A DNA stretch of 64,000 nt from Isurus oxyrinchus (Eukaryota). The stretch lies in NCBI GenBank assembly GCA_026770705.1, contig JANJGN010000022.1:14074001-14138000 (forward strand), in the 5' to 3' direction. Under the pieces are notes generated by a model. It did no database searches. It saw only the letters and a list, made by a program, of their open reading frames with translations, and had not been told where the DNA came from. Below, in pieces: positions 47,446 to 61,310 of this stretch (positions within the stretch are counted from its first letter, which is position 1; every line of letters begins with the position of its first letter). The position numbers were made by a program, and so were the translations under genes.

Positions 47446-49159
47446 GTAAGGTTTGCACAGATACAAGGGGCGATATTTGAGTAGAATGCAAAAAGACCTG
47501 TGCTTAATGCAAAATGCAATGGTGCACCTTGAGCTTTGCAATGTCAGTGCTAAGTTTCAGGGCTTGCAGAGCTGATTGCATTTCCTGTTTTAGCTGAACA
47601 TACTGAATTTGCATTTTGCAGACAGAGGATCCTGAGGCTGGGTTTTGCTGTTCAGCTGGCCACTGACGTATTTGCATTCCGATTACTGAGCTCAGGGTGC
47701 TTTTTTGCAAACAGATCGAGGTGCTAATATGTTACGTAAAGCACTGCTCAAGTTTTTTTTTGATTGGGGGGGGGGGGGGATTAGCGTTTAAATGCGTTGC
47801 ATCGATGAACAGAGCTGCACGCAACCGTCGTTTGCAGAGAGCGTTTCTTTTAACTGCTAATTAAATGCATTAACTTAACAGAAACGTGCAGCCCGATGTT
47901 AGCCAAAACAAAAGTCCAAATGCATGATTCGCAAATACAAAACTAGAATTGCAAAAAAAAGTAACTTGAGCCAAAAGGCGACCAGCACTTGCCTTTCAAT
48001 AGCGCCGCCGCCGCCGTATATTTGTAATACGTAAAGCTATTAAGAATATATTTGCATATCGAGTTGCAAACCAGACCAAAATTGTACCTTCACTAAATGC
48101 AATATTGTTAGAGATTATTCGTCGCTTTCAACACCGAGCATGGGTATTCTAGAGAAGCAGCAGTCACATTTAACAACAAGATGCTAAAATTAGACTTTGA
48201 CACTCTCACGTTTTCCAATCATATGGAAATCATCTCTATGTCTGTGTGAATTGACCGTTTACCGCCTATAGCCCACAAAGAGTGGACACATCTGTCGCCG
48301 CCTTTTGCATCGATTAAATGACACAAGCCCCAGCCGCTGGCGCTGGGAACTCTATTGGTGGGTGGCCAATTCACAATAGCAGCGCCCTGCCTCCGAACAG
48401 CCTGTGAACATTGACTTCTTAAAACAAAAAGCCTTTTAATCACGATTCACCTTTGACCATTGGAAAGCCACGCTTGCTTTGCAGTGTGTCACCTGCATTC
48501 ACAAACAGGCACCCCCCCCCCCCCCCGCTAATATTTGCGCCTATCAAGAGCTCAGGATGTCAGTGATGGGAATGTAACGAGGTTCTATTGTTTTTAAGTG
48601 TTCGAAAGAATGGGAAGCGCAGTCAAGCGCCATTTACACAGCCCCAGCATCGCATTTAGCCCATCCCCAGACTCTACCACTCTGATCCTCTTTACCAACT
48701 CCAGCAATCCCTTTCAAGGAAGAGTTAGTGCCAGTTTCGTCTTTGAGAGCCTAGTTTCAAGTCCTTTTCATTATGGGAAACCACTAGAAGTAGGAGGACA
48801 TGTTTCCCATTTGCAGAGATAAATATTTTGGTACGGGATATATTCCCTCTTTTTACTTGCACTTCCTACAAGACCCCAGTTCTCCCAATGTAACTGAGCC
48901 TATTGTAGTGCCTTACCTTACTTTGGACCACCAGAAGGGAGACTTCCCCCAAGTAGAGTGAACTCAAGCCAAGTCCCAGGGATTATAGACAGAATTATCA
49001 GTATTGGGAGAGAGAACTGTTGGGCATGATATTAATGATCACATGAAGTGACGTAGCTTTCAGAACTATCTAAGTACATAGAAAATAAATCATGTATTTA
49101 TTAAAATGTTTATTAATTCTAATTTGTGACACTAGGTATTGCTCAAACTGCTGTCCTAC

Positions 49160-49335
49160 CCATTGCATTTATATAATCTCTTTCACATCCACAGGCTATC
49201 CAAATCACTTCACAGCAAATTAAGTAATTTTGAAGTGGAACCGCTGTTGTAAACAGATGAGGCAACAAACTCCCATAAACAGCAGTGGGATAAATGACCA
49301 CATAATTGGTTTTGATGATGTTAGTTCAAGAAATT
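49160..49335 (-). mobile_element. Deu-domain-type SINE 3' part, inverted
   Basis: Reverse complement ...TGCTGTTTATGGGAG...CTTCAAAATTACTTAATTTGCTGTGAAGTGATTTGGA...TATATAAATGCAA (L2-like tail). Confidence 0.55.
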
Positions 49336-49515
49336 CCCCATTGCTTTCTCCATGGCAACCCCTTGGTCAATCAGAGTGGACTTAGCAACCAATCCGCTTT
49401 CTTTTCTTCTGTAGTATAAACTGTTGTGGTCCTTTTGAAATTTGACGTTCTTGCATTTGTCCTGATAACTGCAAGATGAAAAGCTTCAGCAACATGTCTC
49501 TCTTTTCGGCAGCAT
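49335..49515 (+). mobile_element. Penelope-like terminal repeat (family 1), copy C
   Basis: CCATGGCAAC...CCAAT...TATAAA(49415)...TGTCCTGATAACTGCAAGATGAAAAGCTTCAGCAACATGTCTCTC aligns with 18300-18475. Confidence 0.65.
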
Positions 49516-49865
49516 TCAAATGCAGTTTTAAGAAATTCAATGCTGTATTAAAGCATCTTTGGTTAATAGTGATAATTGCCACTAATTTAGCTTTCCCAGA
49601 ACTATTAAAACCCCCGAGGAAGGCATTTGTACTTGGTGCTTAATATAAAATAATTGCAAACTGCTTATTTTAATTATAATTTTGCCATGCTATTTTTGAA
49701 GGAGTCGTAATGATGAGTCTCCTGCAGCTCCCAACAATTATTTGATTTTTAAAATTTCCTTTGCTGGGTGAGAGGCAATTTTTATACCAAAGTGAGTGGC
49801 TTCATACATCAAAACTGAAATATATCCTTCATTACAGGAAGGACATAATTGCTCTGGGGAGAGTA

Positions 49866-50365
49866 CAGAAGAGATTTACGTGAATGTTGCCAGGGCTTGA
49901 AAATTGCAGCTATAAGGCAAGATTGGATAGGCTGGGTTGTTTTCCTTGGAACTGAGGAGGCTGAGGGGTGACCTGATTGAAGTGTACAAGACTGTGAGGG
50001 GCCTAGAGAGAGTAGACAGGGATGCCCTGTTTTCCCAAGCAGAGAGGTCAATTACCAGGGGGGCACAGATTTAAGGTGGTTGGCAGAAGGATTAGAGGAT
50101 GCATGAGGAAAAACTTCTTCATCCAGAGGGTGGTGCTGTTTGGAATTTGTTGCCTGGTTTGGTGTTGGAGGCAGAAACCCTCAACTCCATTTAAATGGTA
50201 CCTGGATCTGCACCTAAAGTGCTGTAACCTGCAAGGCTATGGACCAGGTGCTGGAAGGTGGGATTACAATGGTCAGCGAGCTTTTTGTTTTTTCTTTTTC
50301 AGCTGGTGCACACATGATGGGCCAAATGGCCTCTTTCTGTGCCGTAACTTTTCTATGCTTCTATG
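49866..50365 (+). mobile_element. CR1-type LINE 3' fragment
   Basis: Closely parallels 22487-22950; HRFKVVGRRIRGCMRKNFFIQRVV; ends TTCTATGCTTCTATG. Confidence 0.9.
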
Positions 50366-52887
50366 TATTTTTAGATTGTAGGCTGTCTTCTGCCCCATAT
50401 AGTACTGTAAATTTTCTTGAAGGAATATTCTTCCAATAAAATGCTTTGTTACATAATTTACAAACCGTGCCTTATGCAATTATCCAAACGTCGCAAAATT
50501 TCATGAATTGGATCTTATTTGTATAAATGCGAAATTGAATACTAAAATCCGTCAGGGAAGAGTCCTGTTGAAGTGAGTGGTTGATAAAGAACTGTGGCAT
50601 TTGCATCAATTAGGGAAAATATAACTTAATGAAGCAGACAATGATTGTTGTAGGAGCTAATGTTCTCCTGTTGTAGGTCCCTTCAGGCGGTAATGCTCCC
50701 TTCACTACACTTACTTACACACTGGCTTTACACTTGAAGATCTTAACATTTTTTAAAAAGCCCAAGTTATTCCTGTAAGGAACTAGTCAAGTATAAATAT
50801 TATGTCTGTTTACTTGGCTGTGATAATGAAGTCATTGGAAAGTTTTGAGATTGATTAGCTTTGGACTATTAGAAATGTTTCTAACTGTTACTAACTGAGC
50901 TTGTTCAAAATATAGTTGTCCATGCCTGCTTTGCTTTGTAAAACAAACTCATTTATGTAATTGGAACAATTGAAAATGAAAATTGATGTTGAAAATGCCA
51001 CTATATTTCAGTGCCTCCTTTACATTTCAGTTTCAAATATTCAGTAAAGAATGACCAAGAATATGTAGGCGTTTTGACATGAGGCTAAGCTGAGATGCTC
51101 ATTGTTGCCTTTAGACATTGTGTTTCTTGGATTATATATGTAAAAATACCATTTAGTGGCTGCTATGTCTTCTGGTTCTCATAAGTTTGAAATTACCATA
51201 CTTTTAGACTCAAAATACTGGAGCTCCATCAAGTGTGTTTCTTGCTGTTTTTCACATGGCTGGTGGATTTATACATTGTTGCTTGGCACTTGACTGCAGT
51301 GTGATAGTGAATGTGGCACCCTCGATGTATGTTCTCATAACAATTCGTTCCTAGCCCTTTACAAATAATATAACAATATAACAGTGGCACTGTATATGAA
51401 TTAAATGGAGATTACTTCAATATACACAAGAGAAAGTGGCCAAATGGAACGTTTAGAATTTGAATTGAATGCTAAGGCTGTATATAATGAAAGTTTTTCA
51501 AGCATCTGGCCCACCACAATGCTTCTCTCCTCAGTGACCTAATATCTTGCAGCGATTAGTTGTGATTGTGCTATCTTTTTGTTTTAAAAGTTCCACTAAG
51601 TACTGTATGATTGTATTTTCGAGTAGGAAGTCTGTGCCTCATTCCTTTTTAAAAATTAAATTGAACTATAAAACAACATGAAAAAACCTTTCAACTGACC
51701 ACTCCTAATCCAATCGCAAGCCAAGTAAAAGCATGGGCTTGGTGTAAAATAAGATAATCACAAATTAACTAATGTTTTCCTTATGTTTTCCCACAGAAGT
51801 GGAAATTAAATCAATATGATAGGCAATTTTATACCCATAATATCAGAAACTAAAGGTGTTGATTAGAATCCACAATTATGGTAACATTTTAAAAGTGGAC
51901 ACCAGTTTGTTCCATGCTAACATTTTTTGACAATCAAATTAGCAATCTCAGGCAAAGATTTACCATTGGTCCATCTAGCCTATTCATTTAGCTTCCTACG
52001 AAACCTAGACATCCTGAGTTGTATTTGCTGACAGAAAATTGTGTAGTTCCTTTTTGATTCCTGTCATGGTTTCTTACTCATCCTGCCTCCGTGGTTCACA
52101 CATTCTGTATGTTTATCATCCTTGTACTAGAACAATTTTGCCTGACTTTATCATTTTCTTCACCTTCCCTTAATTTGGAACAATAACCGCTGTACTTGAT
52201 TTTTAAAAAAATACATGAATCTACATTTTTGGAACCCCGAAAAATCTGAAATATTTCCAATAAATTTCATGTTACACGAGCTGCGCCACATCCCTGTCAC
52301 CTTAGTTCAATTAAAATTTCTCAGTAAATTCGTTTTTCCTATTGAAATTCTTTTAATATAGATGTTGATGTGTGCCAGAATTTAAATACTGAGAAGAAAA
52401 TCTGAGCTTTTCAGAGGACGAGTTACAATGAGCTCTACATTTTCTGGTAATGTTTTCAATTGAAGAGATTTAGAAGACTGAGCTTGAGGTTCATTGTAGA
52501 ATTGAACAAAACAGCACATAGACCACTGAAACCCATTAAAGTGATGGATTAATAAATGTTTGCATTCGTTTAATTTGATTAATTTTTTGATCTTCATGTT
52601 TACCAAATCTATTGTTAACAAACAAAATGCGTTAGTTGGTTGTATTTTATGTAGCGATTGCAGTAATATTATTAAATTTTTTGCAGTGTTGCAACCATTT
52701 CCAGCCATGACACGCTGAAGGTGGTAAAACAAACAAAAATTTGAAGATCCCAATTTAAGCTGAAACTATAAGGTGAAGGGTTTGTAGTCATGTGACTGCC
52801 ATTATACTTCCCCTGTTTGTGTAAAACTATACTTCATTTTATTTCTTACCTCAACGTCTCTGAAAGCAGGAATTCCTTTGGATCTTA

Positions 52888-53170
52888 GGGCAGAATTTTG
52901 GCCTTGGCGTGCGGGGGTGGTCGGGAAGCTGACTGCCGCCCGTGATCTGAAATTGAGGCCTGCCCAGTGTGGAATGCGAGCGGCTGCGTAAATTTGAATT
53001 TAATTACCTTTCTAATGGCCTTAACAGCCTTTTAAATGTCGGTGGGCGCGCTGCCTGCTAAATGAAATATCGCGCAATGACATTGGGACGCTCGCCTGAC
53101 ATCATCGTGTGTCATTTTAAGCTCAGCCGGGTTGGGTGTGCACCTGCCCGCTGAGCTTAATATTCTGCCC
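52888..53170 (-). mobile_element. 283-bp Harbinger-type MITE (internal deletion derivative), TSD TTA
   Basis: TTA-GGGCAGAAT...ATTCTGCCC-TTA: 9-bp perfect TIR with a 3-bp TTA duplication, typical of PIF/Harbinger. Confidence 0.85.
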
Positions 53171-54508
53171 TTAGTTACAATTCATTATTGGCTTAATGAA
53201 TAGTAGCTTTACCTGTTCACCTAATCCTATAGTCTCCACCAACTGTAAGGAAATTGGGGTGCCTTAGAGAAATCCTCATTTGATCTGGAAAGTGCAGTTT
53301 GTTTTTTTGATTTCCTAAATACTTTCTGTTGCGCTGTGTTCCCATCATGTTTGCCACTCATGCTTGTCCTTTCCCTGTTTGGGAAGATGGGATGGTTCAG
53401 CCTGTGCATATCTTGATCATGTCTGTTGTTGGTCCATGGAAACTTTCTTGGACGATATGAGCAGAGAACCTCCTGAGCCAGTTTTTGGCTTTCCCCATGG
53501 TATCTCAGCCAAGAGCTGGGAAGTTAGTTGTCATGGGGGGGAAGTATTGTGTGAAACTATCTAATTAAGATGGATTCCAAAACAGAGCTGTATCTAGCAG
53601 AATGCACTTTCTTTGTTTTTAAATATTTCACTGAAAAACTTTAGAGGCAGCAATTGTTACAAGATATTAAAGTCAAGAATGTCTTGAGCAAGTGGGAAAG
53701 AGAATAAATAAATCATAAACTTACTAAGACAGAAATAGGCAGATGGAGCTATGGCTTATTTTGTCAAATTACAGTGATATTCATTTCCATTCTGCTGTGT
53801 CTCCAGTTGTCTAGACCACATGGTTAGTGCTGATTTACTGCAGGCTAGCCAATTTTGGTGAAGCTTTTATTCAGATTACCTAGCAATTACTGAACTCAGA
53901 ATATTTCAGATTGTGCTCTTGTTCACAATTTCACTTTTTAAGGGTACAGTGCCACCAGAAGGCCTCCTATACGAGTTTCAGGGTTGGCATGTGCAAATCG
54001 ATTGCAGTTGCCCAATATTTACCCCACAAATGCCCACCCCCCCACCACCACCCCAAAACAGATTTTCTTCTCTTATCTCTCCTTGTCTCCAAAAGATGGT
54101 GGTTCATGTTGGAATATAGTTCAGTGATTTCTATTGTACAGCATCTTAGTGCCATCCTTATATTAGCCCAAGAACTGTGTGTCAGCAAGTTGTTTGTTTT
54201 GAAGAACTGTATATGTTGCACATTTTAATTCTGCGTAAAAGGCATTGATTTTTTTTCAAAGATTGTGCTCGACTTGCATTCTGTCAATATCTCAGATCCA
54301 CCTAAAAATGGGCTGCTGTTTATTAACTGTACATTGTGCATTTTATTTAAAGAAATGAGCAATGATTTTGCTTGTTGTCACTCTGATTTTGAATTTTAAT
54401 TTATTAAGCCAGTTGATGATTTGACCAAAAACATTACTGGTTTAATAATAGTTCAAGTAATAAGTGAAAGAACTTGCACTTCATTGTGACAACTTACTGT
54501 TGTTCTAG

Positions 54509-54527
54509 GTGTGTGTGTGTGTGTGTG
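54509..54527 (+). repeat. (GT)n microsatellite
   Basis: Seen directly. Confidence 0.9.
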
Positions 54528-55136
54528 CCTGTGACTCCATAACACAGAAGAATTCACTCAGCTGAAAAATTCTGATTGAGTATAATTGGTCAGCTCTAAA
54601 ATATAGTAAGATCATATTAGTCATCAGCCACCTTATCAAATGGTGGAGCAGGCTTGAAGGGCCAAATGGCCTACGCCTGCTCCTAATTTATACGTTCAAC
54701 TGAGGCCACTGGGTCCATCATGCTGTGCTGGGTTTTGGAAAGAGCTGTTTAATTAGTCCCACTCCTTGCTCTTTCTTTGTACATTTTTCCTTTTCAAATT
54801 TAAATCCCAATCTCTTTTGAAAGGTATTTTTGAGTCTACTTCCACCACTCTTTCACGAACAATTCCATGATCACCCTGGCTTCTTTTCTCTACTGCAAAA
54901 CTTCTTAAACCCTTCTCCTTGTCCACCCCCAACTCCAACAGAAGATGCAAGGAGCTCATGGACTTCTTTGTCCTTAAGATTGAGACTATCTGTTCATTGC
55001 CCTAGCTCACCAGATCAAACTTCCTGCAAGGTTTCCCCCCCCCACTGACCCAGACCTGAACTCTTTCTGTAGTTTCTATCCTATCTCCCCTCATGCCCCC
55101 TCCAGCTAATCTTGTCAGAGACCCCCCTCCTGCTCA

Positions 55137-55255
55137 AAGGTCACAGACCTGAAACATTAATTTCTCTCTCCATCGATGCTGCCTAACCTGTTGAGCATTT
55201 CCAGTATTTTCTGTGTTCGTTTCAGATTTCCAACATTCACAGTATTTTGCTTTTG
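55137..55255 (+). mobile_element. Penelope-like terminal fragment (family 2)
   Basis: AAGGTCACAGACCTGAAACATTAA...GATGCTGCCTAACCTGTTGAGCATTTCCAG...TTTCAGATTTCCAACAT. Confidence 0.55.
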
Positions 55256-55329
55256 CGTTTTTTCCTTGGTCCCCCTGTTAGCCGATATTGTTAATGGTTC
55301 TCTCTCTTTGGGTACTGGCCCCTATCCTT

Positions 55330-56105
55330 CAAATCTACGTTATCACCCCATTCCTCGATAAACCAAACCTTGACTTCTTTAGCCTTGCAATCTATCGCTT
55401 CAGCTGCAACCTTTCTTTTCTCAAGTCCTTGAATATGTTGTCACCTCCCAAATTATGCCTATCTTTTCCCCCGAACTTCATGTTTGAAGCCCTCCAATCA
55501 AGTTTCTGCCCCTGCCACAAAACAGCTCGTATCAAAGTCACAAATGATATCCTATGTGACTGTGACAAAAGTAAACCATCCCACCTCATCCTTCTCGACC
55601 TGTCTGCAGCCTATGACGTGTTTGACCACACCATTCTCCTCCGATGCCTTTTCACTGTCATCCAGTTGGGTGGGACTGCTCTCACCTGGTTCCATTCTTA
55701 ACTATCTAATCACAGCCGCAGTTTCACTTGCAATGGCTTCTCCTTCCTCACCTGCGCAGTTACCTCTGGTGTCCATGTTTTCAAATCCATCCATGACCTC
55801 ATTCCTCCCTCTCTTTGCAATCACTTCCAACCCCCAACCCGCCAGGCTACCTGGACTCACCTAATTCTGGCTTCTTGAGCATCCTTTGATTTTAATTGGT
55901 GGCTGTGTCATCAGCTTTCTATGCCCTAAGCTCTGAAATTCTCTCCCTAGAGCACTCTGACCCTCTACCCCTCTTCCCTCCTTTAGATACTCTGTAAAAC
56001 CCATCCCTTTGATTTGGCCATTTTTCTCCTTATGCAGCTTCGCATAATGTTTGTCATTCCTTGGGACAATATATGTTACAGGCGCTGTATAAATGCAGAC
56101 TGTTG
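55330..56105 (+). mobile_element. L2-type LINE fragment (RT region joined to 3' end)
   Basis: QSSFCPCHKTARIKVTNDILCDCDKSKPSHLILLDLSAAYDVFDHTILL...GTALTWFHS; tail GGCGCTGTATAAATGCAGACTGTTGTTG. Confidence 0.85.
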
Positions 56106-57884
56106 TTGATTTTTCTCTAGAACTCCTGTATGCCTGTGCATTGGGAGACCAACTGCCACTTTGCTTACTGTGTTCGTTTAATATGCAGGCATGAAGTCTT
56201 TATCTTTAACATAGGCCACAATTGTGGTCTCTTGCTGAATGTTTTTGAAATGATGGTAGCTTCACAATAAAACTGGTGATATTTTTATGACTGCTCAGTG
56301 TTTTCTGTCATTGGAAAGGCTTCAGATTTTAAACTTGTTTCTACAATACTTACATGAATGCAGAATGCCTGACCCTCACATCTCCTCTGTTTTCTTTTCC
56401 TGCCTGCACATCCAAGTTGTTTTTTGCACAATCTTTTTCATTTGCCCCTCTCTAATACCTGCATGGAACTCATTGCGGTTAAGTGCACACAAGGCATGAT
56501 GTCTCCTATCATCAGTCATCAAACACAAGTTCAAATTACTTGGATTTGAGTCTGATGACATATTCATGATCTTGCTTCCTTTCTGTTTTCCCATGTTTCC
56601 AATTTCTTTCTCTGCTGAGCATCTGTTTTGATTTCTGCTTTGATTTTCTTCATAATTTGGGAGGAAGAAACAATATCTGGGAAGTGTTTTTGAGACAGCC
56701 ATCGACCTTTTATGCTGTGTTTTCAACTTGCTCCTGTTATAAAATCCAAACATCCTGCTGAATGAATCGTTCACTGGCTCTTAATCAGAAGGTGAACAGG
56801 CTGTCATGAGAACAACAACGTGTGGTGTCTGCTAGTGATTCACACCTCCTTCTATCAAATGATAACAAAGTTACATGTACTTATAGCTAAGATGTAAGGT
56901 TTTTTTCTCTCGACCTTAAATATCCTGACCACTGTGAGGTTCCTGTTGATCTGCCAACTACATTTCTTGCAGGCACCTGCTCAATACAGTTGTGAATCTA
57001 TCCTCAGCCAGGAATGGTGCAGAGAGGCCAGGTGGAGATAAATTGAAATCTAAGATTTCAGAATGAATTTTTGTCAGGGACAGAAGGAAGAGAAATAACT
57101 AGTCAAGCGAGGATAGCTGTAAATGAGTATGTGGCTTTACTTTGATATTGTCCTGTGTTGTTTTGTTCAGTTCTATAATTTTGTTTCCAAAATATGTGAA
57201 ATAAAGTGACACCAGGGATGTAGTTCTTTTTGTGTAATCAGCCCTATGATTTCCTGCTGGATTCAGTTTTGGAGGAAAAGGTAGTTTTCAAATTTATTAG
57301 CATATATATGTAGCTGAAATTAAGACGCTGAGCCCACTATTTTTCATATTTCATTTCGAATAGGATGCAGATTTTTTACAAAATTGAAGGTTGGGATGGA
57401 GCAAACTTGATAAATAAGAATTATATGGTTCAACTCATTTAATAAAACTTCTTTAAATTGTGGCACGTTTGCACACTTAAATGCGTTAAAGCTGTTTCTT
57501 AATGTTTCTTTAATGGGTATTAACCTTTACCCTTTACTAAATAAACAGAAACTATGGTTAGCAGAGCAATGGTTGTGACTCACTTTAAGGTTCATCAAGT
57601 TTGTTAATCCTTTTTTTAATATATGGCTTCTTGCGATTTGTTTTGATAAGTAGAGTCTGGGTCTAATTTTAAATTGGCATGTTTACATGACAGGTTGTAG
57701 TGCGAGTCGTTTTAGGGATATTAATGTTGAGAATATGAATTATGTTTTATATTTTGAATACCGTACAATGAATGTAATTTGTTCTTTGAGAGGCAAAATA
57801 ACTAACTTCATGAAGAGATATTAATGTATATAATGTTATTGGCAATTATTTTTTAAAATAGAGTTTAGTGGTGTCTGTGTCTAT

Positions 57885-58488
57885 GGGCAGAATTTCACCC
57901 ATATCGGGCGGGGGTGGTCAGGAAGCCTGTGGTCGGGGCCAGACTGCAATTTCACACTGGCGGGCCAATTAAGGCCTGTCCAGTGTGAAATGTAAGTGGC
58001 GGCCTGTGCAGGCGGTGGGGGGGTGGGGAAGTGCGAGCAGGGCAAGCGTGAACTACACAGATGCACCTGAGTGCACGTTTCCTAACCTCTCTGAGGCAGC
58101 TCTATGCCTCAGGTGGGATGGAGATATAAAAAAAATCAAGAAAATAAAAATGTAATGAAACATGTCCCCTCATGTGACTCTGCCACATGACCAGGGACAT
58201 GTTATTAATTAAGTTTTAAATTCAATTTTTATTTGCTTTAGGAAACCTCAACCCGCCCATGGATGAGGCTTCCTAAAAAGTGCAAAGGCTGCTTGGCCTT
58301 TTCGCCTGCCCGCCAACCATAAGGTTGGACAGGCAGTGAAAAGTTCTATTTAATTGATAACTTAATGGTCTTAACAGGCCTTTCAATTGCTGGTGGGCGC
58401 GCTGCCGACTCTGGTACATGCCCGCTGAATGAAATATTGCGCGACTGCGTGCTGATGTCAGGACGCTTGCATGATGTCATCACGCATC

Positions 58489-58490
<2 letters not shown>
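57885..58490 (-). mobile_element. Harbinger-type MITE copy, opposite orientation to 8372/30152, truncated at (TG)n
   Basis: Starts GGGCAGAATTTC; the same hairpin blocks appear in reverse order; second TIR missing. Confidence 0.75.

Positions 58491-58532
<42 letters not shown>
58491..58532 (+). repeat. (TG)21 microsatellite
   Basis: Seen directly. Confidence 0.95.
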
Positions 58533-58535
<3 letters not shown>

Positions 58536-59266
58536 ATTGGATTAAAGCTAGCTGCTCTAGAGGCTTTGATATATAGAAAGAAGTAGGTTTGTTGAAATGG
58601 TAATAAGATAAACACGGTGAGGTAAAGAAACATAGGTGTCAAGGGTGCAATTTGCATTTTTAAATAAACCATTCAAAAGAATGGGTGAAATCTTGCACCT
58701 AGCTAGAAGACGCCAAGCAATGTTTATTTTTTCATCAGCCAACTAATAAAATTGGTGGAATCAAAAGATGTTATTGTTAGAAGAGGTAAAATTAAAAGCC
58801 TAGTGATACAATGGAAAACTTACATGCAAAGAAAAAGATATGTATAAAGGAGAAGTGTAAGGTAGAGGCATTTTAAGATCCAACAAATGTGAGAAGCTTC
58901 AAGTCGCTATCTGCAAGGACCCAGAGCTGAAAGAAACTAATTTTTAATGCGACTGTCCAGGTTGTGCTTTGCCAGGTGTCTCTTTAGATCTATGAGATTT
59001 GCTGTTGCCTTAATGGTGGTGTAACTGAGAGATTAATTAGGGGATTTTTGTAGTTACTATAGTAGTAATTTTGTAGACGTATGTATGTGTTTACAATATT
59101 TCTTGTATTAATAAATGTTTAATTGAGTTTTATGGTGGTCTTATTACTGCTGAATTCAAAGCCTGCATCTCGAAACGTACAAATTGCAAAAGTGGGTTAT
59201 GACAGTTGTTTCAAGTTTCCCTCTGGGATTTGAACAACTCAGCCTTTACCATCAGCTGTGTCATAG
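58533..59266 (+). mobile_element. Possible solo LTR remnant
   Basis: TATA-like TGTATAAA (58841), AATAAA (59110) and an end ...GTGTCATAG resembling a TGTTA...TAACA-type LTR terminus; no partner LTR or PBS seen. Confidence 0.35.
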
Positions 59267-60777
59267 TACTAATTGTTACTTTTCCCTAAGTAATATTGTT
59301 GGTGATAATGGGAAGAAGTCAGAGCATTTCTACTTGTTTTAAACGAGGAATGGTAATAGCGCAATTTCAGTAATGCTTTCCGTTTGATTCTTTGCAATTG
59401 CTAATTTGATATTTTCTGTAGATAACAAGTTATTTGTTGTCCCAGTCATTTTTTCTCTTGGTCCTTTGCCCACACGGAAGAGATTGATTTTTTTTTAAGA
59501 CACTCCTACTTTTGAGTGCAAATTGTTAATCAAGAATACAGCTCTGGAATGTACAGTATTTTTCTGATCCGTGTGCAAAATCAAGCCAGGCAAATACCAG
59601 GACCCTCCATCCTTTCTAAGGTTGACGAACATTTGGCAGATCATAAACGTTTGCATTAATTTGTGACATTTTGTGCCCAGAGTTATTACTTTCCCAGGAT
59701 TTGTGAAGCATTGAAACAAAATGAACCTGACAGCTATTTCCAAATGCCGAGGATTTTAGATTGTACTGGTTTTAGCTCTTCTCATGCTGTGGATTTAGTT
59801 TAATTTTTGTTTTTCTAAAGGATTATTATCCTGCTCATTATTGCATGCCGTTCCATGTAACAACCTTCTCCTCTGCAGGCTGTGCTAGAAAGAGGCCTCC
59901 AAAAGTTCAATGCCCACTGCCTGGAAAACACTTCCATTGGCCAACTAGAGGTGAACCATGCTCTATTTTCCTCTCCCCTAAGGTGCAATACATTGAACCA
60001 TCACACAGCCTACTGTAACTCATCAAAAGGAAAGTGATTCCGAGCCAATGCTACATCTGGGACTCCAGCCCTTGACCAGTCTTAGGTCCTCAAGTCGTGA
60101 TATGCTGCTTGTGATCAGTGCAATCGAATTTAATATACAATTCGGCTTTGGATGGATGAAAAGATGCATCCTTAAAATAGGTACACCACACGTATCTGTA
60201 TAAACTCACGGGTGACAGTTTTTTGTGCTTCAGCTAATTTGAAAATCTTAGCTGTTGACATAGCGGTGTTGGATAGAAGTCACTGACTAGCTCCTGTGAA
60301 GCTACAGTGACATCGGTTTAGCCACAAGCACTAAATTTTAATGGAAAACGCCTTACATGTACTACAGATAAATGTACTCCACGTTTGTACATTTTACACC
60401 ACCCAGTAGCCAAATAAAGAAAGTACTCACAATGATCAAAACACCCACATACTCTGATAGTCTGTTGTCATCTTACCGTTTCACCAGCAAATGAACGAAG
60501 ATATCAAACCCCACGTGCATATACCGTGTGAATAATAGTATTTAGATCACCTGCCCAACAACAGTGTCAGTTACTCATTTTTTAGTTACTACAGGTAAAC
60601 AGAAATGCAATAAACCATATCTAGCTAATGGCTAATGCACCGGACAACACTTGCATTAATAAATTAATATAAAACATAATATGACAAACACAAAACTAAC
60701 ATTTTGCTATAGATTTCAAAGTAAATCTTAATGTATTCAGGAAAAAGTACCTGCATGGTTATCCTCCAGGTCAATAA

Positions 60778-61310
60778 GAACAACTTGCATTTATATCGTG
60801 TCTTTTCAATGTAAGGTGCTTGACAAGAGCATCATCAAATTACATTTGGTACCAAGGCACATAAGGAGATATTAGGGCAGCTTGGTTAAAAAACTAGGTC
60901 TTAAGGAATATCTTCGAGGGAGAGGTAGAGATGATAGACGGTGCAGGAAGGAAGTTCCAGAACTGATGCAGTCAGCTAAAGACTTGGCCACCAATGGTGA
61001 AGGGATTAAAATCAAGGATGGACAAGAAACTGGAATTCGTGGAGCATGGAGATCTTGGAGGTTTGCAGGGCTGGAGGTGATTACAGAGCTAGGGAGGGGT
61101 GAGACCATGGAGGATTTGAAAACACAGATAAGGATTATAAAATCATGACGATGTTGAACTTTGAGCCAGTGGAAACGAGCACAAGGATGATGGGTAGACG
61201 GGACTTGGTGTGAGTTTGGATACAGTCAACAGAGTTTTTGATAGCCTCAAGTTTACAGAGAATACAAGATGAGAGACCGTCCAAGAGATCATTGAAATAA
61301 TTGAATCCAA
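60778..61310 (-). mobile_element. L2-type LINE 3' fragment, inverted
   Basis: Begins GAACAACTTGCATTTATATCG (reverse complement of the L2 tail); purine-rich plus strand. Confidence 0.7.

Noticed and set aside
46980-47491. 100-136 aa ORFs with poly-Ala/Ser/Leu/Gly
   Set aside because: Translations of the (AGC)n, C-tract and A-tract repeats in the MAP2K6 leader.
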